A stretch of DNA of 64,000 bases from a virus. Lineage: Duplodnaviria > Caudoviricetes. The notes under the pieces were generated by a model. The model did not search any database, was not told the DNA's origin, and saw only the letters and a program-made list of their open reading frames with translations. This document shows positions 9,918 through 20,613 of the stretch, in pieces. The DNA is taken from the IMG/VR virus record IMGVR_UViG_3300029288_000101, positions 45,728 to 109,727 of that record; one strand, given 5' to 3'. The translations under genes and the position numbers were made by a program. Positions within the stretch are counted from its first letter, which is position 1. Every line of letters starts with the position of its first letter.

Positions 9918-11621
9918 TCAAATATCTTCCAAAAATGTTAGTCCGACACCATAATTGATTTTCTTTGCTCCTATTTTCGATAAATAAGTTGAACTACAAG
10001 CATCGTCATGAGTTCCCACACTTTCCAATCCTTTATCTGTAAAGGCAATGGAAGAAAATTCTGACAGCATCAAGTCTGTTTGGTCACAACTGTATTGGTC
10101 TCCACGAGGAAGATGTATTTTTCCTCGCTCAAAATCTAAACTTAATCCTGGCCAGCCTTCTTTTAAATCATTTTTTGCTTTTCCTGTTGTATGCGGAAAA
10201 ATAGGCAGTCCAGCATTTTGACCTTCTTGAGTAAAAATCATTTGAAAAACATTTGCCTCTGCAACTATCACATCTGGTGAGAAATTTGAATTTAAAGTTT
10301 TTAAAATTCCTATCTGTTCAGCATAAGAACGTCCTTTCTCTCGGTAAACATGCATTAAATACATATCATCTCCATCAATTCCCCACGTTGTAAAAAATGA
10401 ATAATCAGCTGCCACACTTGCACTAAGAGCAAAATCACAACCAATTACTACTTTATTAAACTTTCTAAAATAGCTTCCTCTGTTCTTAACTAATTTAGCT
10501 TCTCCCATTCCAATAAAGGAGCGTTTCAAAATATTGAAAGGGAAAATGGTGCTTGACTCTGAAATTGGACGACATAAAAGTTCTCGGGAAAAAATTAAAT
10601 TCCCTTGTTCTTCTCTTTTTTCTAAAAGTAACTTTAATGGAAAACGGTTCTTCCAAAGTATTCTTCCATCAGGAAATATTGCTGGATATTCAAAAATCTT
10701 CCACCCTTTTTTCTGTTTTAAATCTCCATATAAATCTTTCTCATGAAAAGGTGTTCCAACTACAATCACTTGACCTTCTGGAACGATAGCATTCATTATA
10801 ACAGAATGAAAATAGTTTGTTGCCTTTCTGCGCTGAAGTTCTGAATAAATTACATTATCTTTTAAATAATCGTCAACAATAATATATCCTGGGTGTCGTC
10901 CTCGAAAACTACCGCCATAAGATTTAATTTTTAATTGAGCTCCATTTTTACACCGTATCGCTTCTTTTCCCCAAAAATCTTTATTTTCAGGAAAAAGTTT
11001 CTCTCTCAATATTGCACTCTCTTCTATAGAAGTTTTAACTATCTCTAAAAAATCTTTTGCTAATTCATTCTCATTAGTTAATAAAAAACCCTTAGAACAA
11101 TTAACTAATTCTTTTCTTGGTTTTCCAATAAAATCTCTTGCTGCTCGATATCTATACATTTTCCAGCAAGGTGTTGCATTACTAAAATAAAAAGATTTAC
11201 CATGACCACGAGCAGCGAGTATTCCAACTTTGTCCCATTTCATTACTTCTTGACCCCATTCAAGATGGTGCCAATTCAATTCAAAATCAGGTAACGTTGA
11301 TAAAATAAAATAATTCAAGTTTTCAATGCGAAAAGTTTCTTCAACGCTATCTTGAAGTTTCTCTAAATAAAATAAATTTGCATCTTTTATTAACCCTAAT
11401 TTTCCATATAAGGTATTAAAGGATTCTTCTCTTAATATTTCAAACAGCTTTTCAACATCATTTTGGTTTCCAGAAAGCATTTGAGCTAATGCTGCATCAG
11501 AAAGGTTATCAACAATTTCTCCAGTTACACGATTCACTTCTCTCAATTGTCCTAAAGTAAGAAACTTTGCTTTATGACTTTTGATAGGATTCAAAACCTC
11601 CAAACTATCTTTAATTCCCAT
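9918..11621 (-). CDS. terL: terminase large subunit
   Basis: Walker A AARGHGKS, RGRHP..IIVDD, VVGTP, nuclease IGCDFA...DYS and HDD. Confidence 0.92.
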   Translation of the reverse strand: MGIKDSLEVLNPIKSHKAKFLTLGQLREVNRVTGEIVDNLSDAALAQMLSGNQNDVEKLFEILREESFNTLYGKLGLIKDANLFYLEKLQDSVEETFRIENLNYFILSTLPDFELNWHHLEWGQEVMKWDKVGILAARGHGKSFYFSNATPCWKMYRYRAARDFIGKPRKELVNCSKGFLLTNENELAKDFLEIVKTSIEESAILREKLFPENKDFWGKEAIRCKNGAQLKIKSYGGSFRGRHPGYIIVDDYLKDNVIYSELQRRKATNYFHSVIMNAIVPEGQVIVVGTPFHEKDLYGDLKQKKGWKIFEYPAIFPDGRILWKNRFPLKLLLEKREEQGNLIFSRELLCRPISESSTIFPFNILKRSFIGMGEAKLVKNRGSYFRKFNKVVIGCDFALSASVAADYSFFTTWGIDGDDMYLMHVYREKGRSYAEQIGILKTLNSNFSPDVIVAEANVFQMIFTQEGQNAGLPIFPHTTGKAKNDLKEGWPGLSLDFERGKIHLPRGDQYSCDQTDLMLSEFSSIAFTDKGLESVGTHDDACSSTYLSKIGAKKINYGVGLTFLEDI

Positions 11622-11679
11622 CCCAATTAATTAGTTTTTATTAAGAAATCCTTTACACTTCAATTTACTAATCCACCTA

Positions 11680-12171
11680 CTATTTAAAAAATATAATATA
11701 TCCTGTCCATTTACCTCTAACATTACATACTGTAGGATTTGAAATTAATAAATCTACATGACTTCTTAAACTTTTTTTACTTGTTGTATGAAGTTTCCAC
11801 TCTCCATTTAAATATGGTGCTTGCGGAATATGCAAAGTTATATTGTTTCCATAACCTATTAATTGCACAAGTTCTCTGCTTGCTCCACACCACCTTTGTG
11901 GATTTTTAGGATTAATTATGCTACCATCTGCACAAGTATAAGCTAATTTACCCTTTCCACATTGCTCTACAGTTGGATTAAATACAGTGACTGTCACTTT
12001 AATTGAGTCACAAACTGGTTTGGCTAATTCAATCTGTTTCAATCTTAATTCTTTTTTATTTAACGGTTTTATACAAAAATATAAAACAATTATAAAAATA
12101 CACCCAAGTATAAATGCAAATAATAGTATTCCTACATCTTTTGCTGTTACTTTTTTCATTAATTCTTTCAT
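11680..12171 (-). CDS. membrane-anchored 3D/DPBB-domain cell-wall hydrolase-like protein
   Basis: N-terminal TM helix; VTVTVFNP...QC...ADG...W.GASR...G.W...VDLL. Confidence 0.55.
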   Translation of the reverse strand: MKELMKKVTAKDVGILLFAFILGCIFIIVLYFCIKPLNKKELRLKQIELAKPVCDSIKVTVTVFNPTVEQCGKGKLAYTCADGSIINPKNPQRWCGASRELVQLIGYGNNITLHIPQAPYLNGEWKLHTTSKKSLRSHVDLLISNPTVCNVRGKWTGYIIFFK

Positions 12172-12194
12172 TGTTTTTATTTTTAAACTTTTAA

Positions 12195-12911
12195 TTAATT
12201 CTTTTCACTCTCTTGTGCCATATCATCGTTAGCACTGTCTCTAAGCGAATTTTTATATTCTTCTTGAGTTATATTTTCCTCTTCTGTTTCAATTATTTGT
12301 TCTTCAGCTTTTTGTTGTTTTTCAACTGGAGCTTCTTCATTTTCTATTTTTAAATAACCTTCCACAACTTTTTGTTTTTCATTTTCTATTGATTTTTTCT
12401 CTACCTGTTCTAATCTCGCTTTTAATTCTTCAAATTCTTTCTCTATAGCGACACATTCTTTCTTTTTATTTACCAATACCTCTGTTAGGTGAAACAATCT
12501 TGCTGCATCGTTTGGTATAAATTTAAACCAGCCTTCGCCACTCACTTTATCTTCCACCACCATTCCGAAAAGCTCTAACTGAATTAATAATAATTTTGCA
12601 TCCGCATATTTCAAATCAAAGTTATTCACCAAATCCTTTATTCTGAATAGTGTTACTTTATATTCTTCAAATTTATTTCTCCAAATCTCAACATTTTTTA
12701 TGTTTTCAGGATCGCTTTTAAATTTATTCTCATCAAACTTACCTTTTATTTTTAATACTTTAGCATGAATTGCTGATAGATTTGCATTATACATTTCTTC
12801 ATCAAGAAAAACTATTTGTTTATCCGATGAAAATTGAGAAACTATTTGTTTCTGAATTTCAGGTTCAACTTTTTTCAAACCAATTACGACCACTTCTTTA
12901 GTTATTTCCAT
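12195..12911 (-). CDS. hypothetical protein with coiled-coil/acidic C-terminus
   Basis: 238-aa ORF. Confidence 0.65.
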   Translation of the reverse strand: MEITKEVVVIGLKKVEPEIQKQIVSQFSSDKQIVFLDEEMYNANLSAIHAKVLKIKGKFDENKFKSDPENIKNVEIWRNKFEEYKVTLFRIKDLVNNFDLKYADAKLLLIQLELFGMVVEDKVSGEGWFKFIPNDAARLFHLTEVLVNKKKECVAIEKEFEELKARLEQVEKKSIENEKQKVVEGYLKIENEEAPVEKQQKAEEQIIETEEENITQEEYKNSLRDSANDDMAQESEKN

Positions 12912-13136
12912 TTTATTTATTTTTAATTAAACATTAGAACTATCTTTGTTTTTTTATCCTATTAGCTTTTTGAAAAATTCTTTATCATTCTTATTATTCT
13001 GGTATATTAGTTTTATATTCAATAAAATTCCCCTTGCAATCATATATAATAACAACATAAAATTCAAATCTTTTTGTTAAAGTATTAACAAAAATAAAAC
13101 TTTCTGAAATCATTTTCCCTTAACAATCATTAATTT

Positions 13137-13487
13137 TTATTTCGTATCTCCTCTTAAGATTTTTATAATCTTTTTAATTTCTTCAGGATTTACTTGATGC
13201 TCTTTTATCTTCCAAACTTCTGTACTAATCCTTATTGCCATATCTCTAAGAAATTCTTCCAACACAGCATCATTAGTTCCATCATCGTCATCATCGTCTC
13301 CACTATCTATTTGTTCCCATGATAAAAACCTCCCTCCAGGAACATCAAAAGTAATTGTTCCAACAGTACCTACTGTTGCTTCTCTTCTTGCTTCTAATTC
13401 TAAAGCATTCAATACTCTTATTGCAAGAGCTTCATTCTTCAGCTTCGCAATCAAGATTGTTAATGGTTGCCTAACAATTCCTGCCAT
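13137..13487 (-). CDS. hypothetical protein
   Basis: 116-aa ORF. Confidence 0.6.
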   Translation of the reverse strand: MAGIVRQPLTILIAKLKNEALAIRVLNALELEARREATVGTVGTITFDVPGGRFLSWEQIDSGDDDDDDGTNDAVLEEFLRDMAIRISTEVWKIKEHQVNPEEIKKIIKILRGDTK

Positions 13488-13522
13488 CTCTTAATTTTTA
13501 TTTATGAATCTTTACCAATTTA

Positions 13523-14191
13523 TTAAAATTCAAAATGCTTTCTAAATTGTTCCACTTCACTGTTACCAGCTTCTTTCTCTTTTAAATCAACTGTTTTTAT
13601 TTTTTTATCAGTTCTCAATAAGCCAACATAATATTCTAATAATTTTTTTGTCATTATTACATCTGCCATTGCCCTATGTGCTTCAGGAGCTTCAAAACCT
13701 AATTTCTCACTTAAATTTGATAATTTATGTTTCCCTGTTATGTTTTGTGCCATTGCTAATTCTAAGGTATCAAAGCATTTAATAAGATTATTACTTGAAG
13801 AAACATATTCATTTAAATTCTTTCCAACTCTCTTAAACAAATAATCTAAAAAAGAAATATCAAACCCAATGTTATGTCCTACAATTAATGGAAAATATTT
13901 TCCACGGTCACCTTTTGGAGTTAATTGTTTAAATAAACTTATCAAGAGTCTCACAAGTTCTTCCGGCTCAATTCCTTTATTTATTTCTTTGAAAGTTATT
14001 CCTGTCTTCGCAAGTGCCTCAGGTGTGTAAATTAAATTATCGTAACCTTTTACAAAAGTTTCAAATCTGGTGATTTCTTTAAAGGTCTCTACATCAACAG
14101 CTATAATTGCTATTTCTGTTATTGGATTCTCGGTTGCTAATAAACCACCTGTCTCAAGGTCTAAAATTACAAAAGCTCTTTTAAATTCCAT
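13523..14191 (-). CDS. DEDDh 3'-5' exonuclease (DnaQ/epsilon-like)
   Basis: DLETGG, GHNIGFD, DTL, HRAMADV. Confidence 0.9.
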   Translation of the reverse strand: MEFKRAFVILDLETGGLLATENPITEIAIIAVDVETFKEITRFETFVKGYDNLIYTPEALAKTGITFKEINKGIEPEELVRLLISLFKQLTPKGDRGKYFPLIVGHNIGFDISFLDYLFKRVGKNLNEYVSSSNNLIKCFDTLELAMAQNITGKHKLSNLSEKLGFEAPEAHRAMADVIMTKKLLEYYVGLLRTDKKIKTVDLKEKEAGNSEVEQFRKHFEF

Positions 14192-14197
14192 TTTAAT

Positions 14198-14590
14198 TTA
14201 ATCTAAAACTTTTTCCCATTGTTTAGAAAAATGTTTCTTTCGTTTTTGTATTCCTATAACATATAAACCTTTGTTTAAAATAGTAGGTTTATGATCAGCT
14301 ACCTCAGTCACTTGATTTTTATTCCAATATTCTTCATTTAAATTTTGTAACCTTGTATGGTTCAATGTAGCTCCATCACTACCTACTTTAACTAAGAAAG
14401 CTTCTGGTATATCAGGGCACTCCATCAGTTCATAATCACCACATAAAGCATGACAGTGACCACTCTTTTCTGATTTTGCAAAAAAAGTTTTTGGTAAAAC
14501 TTTTACACTCTTAGGTAATTCTTCAATCGAAAAAATTTCTACATCGCCTTGATGAGCTTGAAATTTTCCATTTAATTTTAATTTTTCCAT
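14198..14590 (-). CDS. conserved phage protein with QGDV...GH.H motif
   Basis: HQGDV, SGHCH, H.P..L..G.Y; adjacent to the DUF6745-like gene. Confidence 0.6.
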   Translation of the reverse strand: MEKLKLNGKFQAHQGDVEIFSIEELPKSVKVLPKTFFAKSEKSGHCHALCGDYELMECPDIPEAFLVKVGSDGATLNHTRLQNLNEEYWNKNQVTEVADHKPTILNKGLYVIGIQKRKKHFSKQWEKVLD

Positions 14591-14624
14591 TTTATTTTCT
14601 CCTTTATTAAATATTTAACTTTGT

Positions 14625-15794
14625 TTAATTTCTTAAATCCCAACAATAACTCAATTCTTTTGGGATAAAAGTTGGGCGATGATATTTTGCTGCATCAATA
14701 ACACTATTAAAACTACTATCAGTAGGTATTAAATAATTTGTTCCTGTTGATGGACAAGTCATCTTCAACCAAGCTAATGCTGCTGGTGATTTTCCTTTTA
14801 AATCTTCTTCTCCTTCAAATAATTCTTTTGTTTTATATAAAATTAATGTTTCAGAGCCTGTTTTATGTTTTATTATTTGCTTATCCACTTCTTCTGCTCC
14901 AAGTACAGATAACATACTACCCTCTCCTTTATTTGCTTCTATTATCTCATAAATACCTGCTTTTATATCCTCATTTTGTTCATTTATAAAATCTTTTTTC
15001 GTTATTAAACCATTATTGCACTTTAAAAATACATCTGATGGAATATTTCGTCCATGAAGGAAATAATATTCACATTTAGTAGCTTCTGTTAAATATCCCC
15101 ATTCTACTGCTATATTCCTTGTATTATGTAACCTGTTTTGTTCATCTCTATAAACTTTTTTAGGATATTTACAAACTACACAAACAGCTTCACTAAATAT
15201 GGCTGAATAAATATTTGACTCTCTTTGCAGTTTAAAACATTCTTCAAAATCTTTTTCTATTGTTAAAGATAGTTTAAATTCCTCTTTTATAAATTTATAC
15301 CAACTATAAAAGCAATCAGAATAAACGTTTAAAGTGAATAGGTATGAATTATTATAGTCTTCAAGCTGACTATCAAGCTGACTATGAAGCTGACTATCAA
15401 GCTGATTATCAAGCTGATTATAAAGCTGATTATAAAGCTGACTATCAAGCTGACTATAAAGCTGACTATCAAGCTGTAGGATTTTTATTTCTTCATTTAA
15501 AGGTATTTCATTTTTAAAATTAAACAACAACTGTATTAATTGCCTTAATTCTTCATTGTTTTTTAAATAATTAAACAATAATTGCTGTTCCAGAATATTC
15601 TCTGCTACTATAATAGTAGGTTTCTTATATCCGCATTTTTCATAATTCCAATTAACTGCTGCTGCTGCTGATTCAATATTAAATTTCTCATATCTTTCAC
15701 CATCAAACACACCTTCTAATGCTCGTTCAATATAAGAAGGTATTTTTGCTTGAATTTTAGGTGTAAAGTCTTCTAATGTTTTCATTTTAATCAA
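14625..15794 (-). CDS. DUF6745-like protein with (L.SQ) tetrapeptide repeats
   Basis: RDEQNRLH...A..W...Y..HG; C-terminal MTCPSTG..Y. Confidence 0.6.
   Translation of the reverse strand: MIKMKTLEDFTPKIQAKIPSYIERALEGVFDGERYEKFNIESAAAAVNWNYEKCGYKKPTIIVAENILEQQLLFNYLKNNEELRQLIQLLFNFKNEIPLNEEIKILQLDSQLYSQLDSQLYNQLYNQLDNQLDSQLHSQLDSQLEDYNNSYLFTLNVYSDCFYSWYKFIKEEFKLSLTIEKDFEECFKLQRESNIYSAIFSEAVCVVCKYPKKVYRDEQNRLHNTRNIAVEWGYLTEATKCEYYFLHGRNIPSDVFLKCNNGLITKKDFINEQNEDIKAGIYEIIEANKGEGSMLSVLGAEEVDKQIIKHKTGSETLILYKTKELFEGEEDLKGKSPAALAWLKMTCPSTGTNYLIPTDSSFNSVIDAAKYHRPTFIPKELSYCWDLRN
15363..15476. repeat. 12-bp tandem repeat (AAGCTGAYTATN, about 9.5 units)
   Basis: Directly visible; encodes (QL[D/Y/H][S/N])n. 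Confidence 0.95.
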
Positions 15795-16056
15795 TTTTGA
15801 TTATTTCTACTTCTAAACCTTTTAACTTTGACTTCAAAGAATTATATTTTTGGGCTCTTAATTTTTCTGTTGCAAAAGAAAAACACTCCTCTTCGCCTAA
15901 ATAATAAATAATTAAAATATCAAAAGAAAATCCTGTTGGAAATTCTAAATTTTGAGAATCTTTTATTTTTATGTTTTTAATTAAGCGATAATCAATCAAA
16001 AAATCTTCAAATTCAATTAAAATCTTAACATATTTTTCTGTTTCTCCTTTATTCAT
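15787..16056 (-). CDS. hypothetical protein
   Basis: 89-aa ORF abutting the downstream gene. Confidence 0.6.
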   Translation of the reverse strand: MNKGETEKYVKILIEFEDFLIDYRLIKNIKIKDSQNLEFPTGFSFDILIIYYLGEEECFSFATEKLRAQKYNSLKSKLKGLEVEIIKID

Positions 16057-16095
16057 TCAAAATATTTATTGTTAATTGTTTCTTTCTTTTAAAAA

Positions 16096-17379
16096 TTATT
16101 CCTCATCTAACTTAATAGGCTTTTTAAGTTTCAAATTTCTCTTTTTTGCTCCTCCCTTACCAATTGGTGCTACCCATTCTTTCTTCTCTTTTTTTATTTC
16201 TTTTGTTGTAATAGCAGAATCTACCAAATTCTCTTTACTTTGAATGGCGAATTTTTCTGTTTCAATCTTCGCTTTTAATAATTTTCTAGGATCTGTCAAA
16301 CCTTCCGTATATCTAACACGAGAACTTTCTCTTAATTCTCTTAAAATTTGTTCTTCTTCTGATTCTTTCTTCTCTACTTTTCCTCTTATATGGTCGAAGT
16401 CATAGGTTTCTGTCGTCGGATAAGAAACTCCTTCATAATCTTGTTCCTCACCTATTAATCCTAAATAATTCGCATAGTAGCTTCTCGCTAATTCGCTTAA
16501 AACAAATAAAGGATCTACACCTAATTTTACAGCTACTCTGGAAAGAATAATTTGATTCAAATTCACTGTTTTAAATACTTCAAGTTGTAAATGTTGATTA
16601 ACACGACTTTCAATTTGAATATCTAAATTTCCTGTAAAGGTAATTCTGTCTCCTTCTATTTCTTTTCTAATCTGCTCTATGTTTCCAATTAATGTTCGGT
16701 GTTCCATTACACCGAAATTCTTCTTATATTTCTCTTTCATTGATTGATAGAGCCATATAAGTTCTTCTAATCTTCCACGCTTTGTTCCTAAGCGTGTATC
16801 ATCATGAGTGGATTTAAAAGTTTCTATTCGCTGAGTGATCTCTTCAATATGGTCTTTTCTCCAAGTTAATATTGTTCCATAAGTTAATGGCATCTTCCAC
16901 TCTTCCACCACAATCTTATGTACTTCAGTGGCAGAAAACATACGACCAAATAAATCCAACAACTCTTCCATCTTAGAATCCAACGAACTGCCTTTCTTAA
17001 ACCTTGATAAATTGTCATTAAATATTCCTTTTCCAAAGGCTTGCAAACAGAGGCAATTCAACCTACATCTTAAAGAATGAAAGGTTTTTCTTTTTGCTTC
17101 TAATTGCTTTTGTTCTTCTTCTGGAAGGTGCTCTATTCTCTTATGAAATCTACCTGGAAAGAGATTTAAGGTAACTATTGCACCATCAGAGCACTCTACT
17201 TCTGACTTCTCGTGGAATATAGGATTAAGCCTTAATTTTTTGACTTTCTCGTATGCAATCTCATTTACAACAGGAGGATCTCCTTGCTGCTGTCGTAACA
17301 ATTTGACTTCCTCGTTTAAAAGTCCTGCCTCTGAAATCTTTTTTGGCTTTTCAAACTGTTGTTTTTTTGGTTTTTCCAA
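16096..17379 (-). CDS. hypothetical protein with DUF2280-like (terminase-small-like) segment
   Basis: RLEEL..LY...IEQIRKEIEG resembles DUF2280; within 5 kb of terL. Confidence 0.4.
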   Translation of the reverse strand: MEKPKKQQFEKPKKISEAGLLNEEVKLLRQQQGDPPVVNEIAYEKVKKLRLNPIFHEKSEVECSDGAIVTLNLFPGRFHKRIEHLPEEEQKQLEAKRKTFHSLRCRLNCLCLQAFGKGIFNDNLSRFKKGSSLDSKMEELLDLFGRMFSATEVHKIVVEEWKMPLTYGTILTWRKDHIEEITQRIETFKSTHDDTRLGTKRGRLEELIWLYQSMKEKYKKNFGVMEHRTLIGNIEQIRKEIEGDRITFTGNLDIQIESRVNQHLQLEVFKTVNLNQIILSRVAVKLGVDPLFVLSELARSYYANYLGLIGEEQDYEGVSYPTTETYDFDHIRGKVEKKESEEEQILRELRESSRVRYTEGLTDPRKLLKAKIETEKFAIQSKENLVDSAITTKEIKKEKKEWVAPIGKGGAKKRNLKLKKPIKLDEE

Positions 17380-17754
17380 TTTTACTTTTTGTTCTATAAT
17401 TGTTTAACAATATAATAACTGAAATGACATATAAAGATAGCTCTAAAGAAGGTCACATTCAGCTTCAAATAACAATAAGTTTTGTTCTTGCAATAGTTTA
17501 ATTTTAATGTGTTCATAATTTAAAACATTTGAATCTTGATTAGTATCTTGTAGAATTTCTTCACTTTCCGATGAAAAGGGATCTGTTTTCTTAAATTTCA
17601 TTAATTTTTGTAATTCTGTAAAGGGTATATCAGCCACTATTTTTATTGCTAATTCACGAAACAAAATATTCTTCTGTAATGGGTATATTCCTAAATAATT
17701 CAGGAGATACTTTCATACTAACTCTATTTTTCATAAACTTATTTTTACCTATTA

Positions 17755-18366
17755 TTAAAATGTTTCATGTAAAAAGAATCGTTTTATTTTATAACAAATA
17801 GTAGGAGTTAGACCATTAAAATTATCTGTTTGAAAGAAGTGATTTTGTTGTCCTAATAACATATCTGAGTCGTCGTCTATTATTACATATTTATAAAAAT
17901 CATAATAATTACAGCCAAATGTTTCCTTTGTTATATTTTCAACTAACCATTTATGGATTTCACATCCTCTGGTTCTACAATCACAAAAACCTGTTTTACT
18001 AATAATCTTAAACGTACCGCCACAATAATCAAAAATTTCCTGAAGTTGCTCAATTGTTTTTCCAGATCTCATTGAAGCAGACAAAACTACGACTGCGTTT
18101 GTTTCTTCACATAATTCATTAAACCAGCCTATTCTTTCTATATCAATTTGACTTTTATAATAATTTAAATCTAAAATATGTGAGTCTTTAATCTTCCCTC
18201 TGATATTGTGTAACTTTCTCAAATATTTCTTAACAACTTTATACAGCGGAACACCATCAAATCTATTTAAATGATTAAAATATTTAGTATAATATAATTG
18301 ACAATTAAACACACCATCTACATCAAGAAATATTATGTTTTTATTAAACATTTTTAGATTTTTCAA
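17755..18366 (-). CDS. HAD domain protein, Swiss-Army-Knife RNA-repair type
   Basis: IFLDVDGV, VVLSAS.R, RG.EI..WL, YVIIDDDSDM, GLT. Confidence 0.85.
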   Translation of the reverse strand: MKNLKMFNKNIIFLDVDGVFNCQLYYTKYFNHLNRFDGVPLYKVVKKYLRKLHNIRGKIKDSHILDLNYYKSQIDIERIGWFNELCEETNAVVVLSASMRSGKTIEQLQEIFDYCGGTFKIISKTGFCDCRTRGCEIHKWLVENITKETFGCNYYDFYKYVIIDDDSDMLLGQQNHFFQTDNFNGLTPTICYKIKRFFLHETF

Positions 18367-18410
18367 AAGTTTCCATAATTATTCCTTTTTAATATTTTTT
18401 GTCAATGCAC

Positions 18411-18812
18411 TTAAAAATATAATATAAACAAATAATTACAAATTAGATGAAGTGTATTATCTGTGAAGATTAACAGCCAAATCGTTATTGCAAAAGGTCT
18501 TTCCGGTAAAAATCCAAAATTACTAACATCTAAAGTATGCCATCCATCGCATAAATTTTCACCTTCTTTAACAACATTATTTCTTATTGCTAAAAAATAA
18601 GCAACAATGTTAGTTTTATCAATTATAAAATGAGTTAATCCAATTCCGATAACAGCCTTCCAGTTTGTAATCAAAAGAAATGGTAAAGCATAAGTAATGC
18701 AGTGAAAAAAACAATAAATCCATCCTTTTAATGTGTTATTCTTTTTATTCAATGCCACATAGTCATTTTGAACTATAAAATCGCCGAATAAATGTAATAG
18801 TAATTGTTCCAT
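18411..18812 (-). CDS. DUF3307 membrane protein
   Basis: H..GDF..Q, H...Y, THF.ID, D..LH. Confidence 0.75.
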   Translation of the reverse strand: MEQLLLHLFGDFIVQNDYVALNKKNNTLKGWIYCFFHCITYALPFLLITNWKAVIGIGLTHFIIDKTNIVAYFLAIRNNVVKEGENLCDGWHTLDVSNFGFLPERPFAITIWLLIFTDNTLHLICNYLFILYF

Positions 18813-19055
18813 AATTATTTTTGTTTATATATTTTATAATTTATTTAACATTTCATTCAAAGGCAGCACAAACACAATTAGATTCAGGATAAAATATTTT
18901 CTTAGGAACTTTTTCTAAACCATCTTCCATAGTAGTTTCTTTAGAAATATTATTCGGTATGCCTTGACCAAATTTGCACCAAACAAAATTGTCATCTTCT
19001 TTCACTTTAAACTTACAACCGCCATAAGTATTACAAGGTTTTTCATATAAGAAAT

Positions 19056-19403
19056 TTATAATTCATTGATTAATTGTATTATCTCATTGTAAACATCTAA
19101 TTCTCCAACATATAACAATTGTCTATTTCCTGTTGCCATTATAAAATCATGTTGAATTTCTTTGTTCTTAGAGTTTATCCATGAATCTAGTCTATCTCTC
19201 TTCTCGGTAATTATATTTAATAATTTTTCTGATTTATTCTCTAATATTACATAACCTTCATTCCCTCTCATTATAGAGTGATGTGCAGAAAGAAATTCTG
19301 CTGTTAGTTCTTTTCCATTATTTGTTATAAAATTACCTTCTTTTAATTGGAAAAATATCACTTTAGAAACAGGCAAATCATTAATATTTTCAATTTTACT
19401 CAT
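19056..19403 (-). CDS. hypothetical protein
   Basis: ORF in a tightly packed run. Confidence 0.6.
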   Translation of the reverse strand: MSKIENINDLPVSKVIFFQLKEGNFITNNGKELTAEFLSAHHSIMRGNEGYVILENKSEKLLNIITEKRDRLDSWINSKNKEIQHDFIMATGNRQLLYVGELDVYNEIIQLINEL

Positions 19404-19418
19404 AGCTTAGATGTTTCT

Positions 19419-19721
19419 TTATTTTTTAAAAGGTTTTGTTTTTGTAATTATGTTTTCTCTACATTCAATAGTTCTTTCACCATCCGAAAGTTTATAAAAA
19501 TTACAGCGTTCCATACTACTATCATCGTAATAAGGTTCAATATTTATAACCGTCCATCGTTTATCTTGACTATCCTGATCAACACCACAAATATAAACAA
19601 CATCTAATATCTTAAATTTTGGCGGATTTTTGATTTTCCAAATTTGTTTAAAAAGAATCAAATAATCATTTTCCAATTCTTCTATCTTCTTAAGAAGTTG
19701 CTTTTTAGTTATCATAATCAT
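19419..19721 (-). CDS. hypothetical protein
   Basis: ORF in a tightly packed run. Confidence 0.6.
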   Translation of the reverse strand: MIMITKKQLLKKIEELENDYLILFKQIWKIKNPPKFKILDVVYICGVDQDSQDKRWTVINIEPYYDDSSMERCNFYKLSDGERTIECRENIITKTKPFKK

Positions 19722-19958
19722 AGTTTTAAATTACTGAATTTCCAACAGTTTCTATTTTTTGTTTTATTTTACTTTCAATCAAATCTAATAACTTTGAAAT
19801 CTCATCTATTTCCTGAATGATTGCCTCTGTTCTTGAAAATCTTTTTTCTAAAATTGAAGGTTTTATTTTTGAAAAATCTCTTAATAACTTCGCCTTCGAA
19901 TTTAACAAACCTCTCTTTATTCTGAAGAGGGTCTCTGTGTCTTCAATAACTAAGCAGC

Positions 19959-20228
19959 TCAAAGTTTATTCCTTTTCTCTAAATTCTCTTCTGTGTTCAA
20001 TTCTCGTCTTCCAGTTCCTATTTGAATGTTTAAAATTCTTATAACCTTTTCAGCTTCTTCTTTTGTACATTCTAAAATAACAGTACTTTCATTACTGGTT
20101 CTGCTTTTAAAATATATAATCAAATCTTTGATTGTTTTTAATTCTTCAGGTTTTAGTAGTCTGTAGTATTCTAACAATTTTTTAATTTCTTCAATAGAAG
20201 GTGAAACTACTATTTCACTTTTAGTCAT
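19959..20228 (-). CDS. hypothetical protein
   Basis: ORF in a tightly packed run. Confidence 0.55.
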   Translation of the reverse strand: MTKSEIVVSPSIEEIKKLLEYYRLLKPEELKTIKDLIIYFKSRTSNESTVILECTKEEAEKVIRILNIQIGTGRRELNTEENLEKRNKL

Positions 20229-20230
20229 GA

Positions 20231-20491
20231 TTACTTTGTTTTTTGAAATTTATTACAACCAAAACCTTGAGTTGTTTCAACTTTATTCAAAACTACACTC
20301 ATGCGCCCACTCTCTACAACTCTTGAAAGTCCTTTAAAAATTTCATTTGGCTTTTCACAAATCTCCTCACAACTACCTGTTTGTTCGTTTGTTTTTGAAT
20401 TTGATTCCCAAAACAAACAATTCTTACAAACTCTAAAACTTATTTTCTTTTCTATCAAAAATTCTATAGCTTGTCTTTTAGTCATTTTCAT
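20231..20491 (-). CDS. small Cys-rich protein
   Basis: CKNC..W...G.C...FGC..F. Confidence 0.6.
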   Translation of the reverse strand: MKMTKRQAIEFLIEKKISFRVCKNCLFWESNSKTNEQTGSCEEICEKPNEIFKGLSRVVESGRMSVVLNKVETTQGFGCNKFQKTK

Positions 20492-20613
20492 TTTTTGATA
20501 TTTTAATTTCTTTGTTTTTTAAGTTTCTGATTGTTTTGTTTTAACATCATTAAACCATTTTAACCATTCCAAGAAATGTTCTACTTTTGTTACTGTTATT
20601 TTTGCTCATATGC

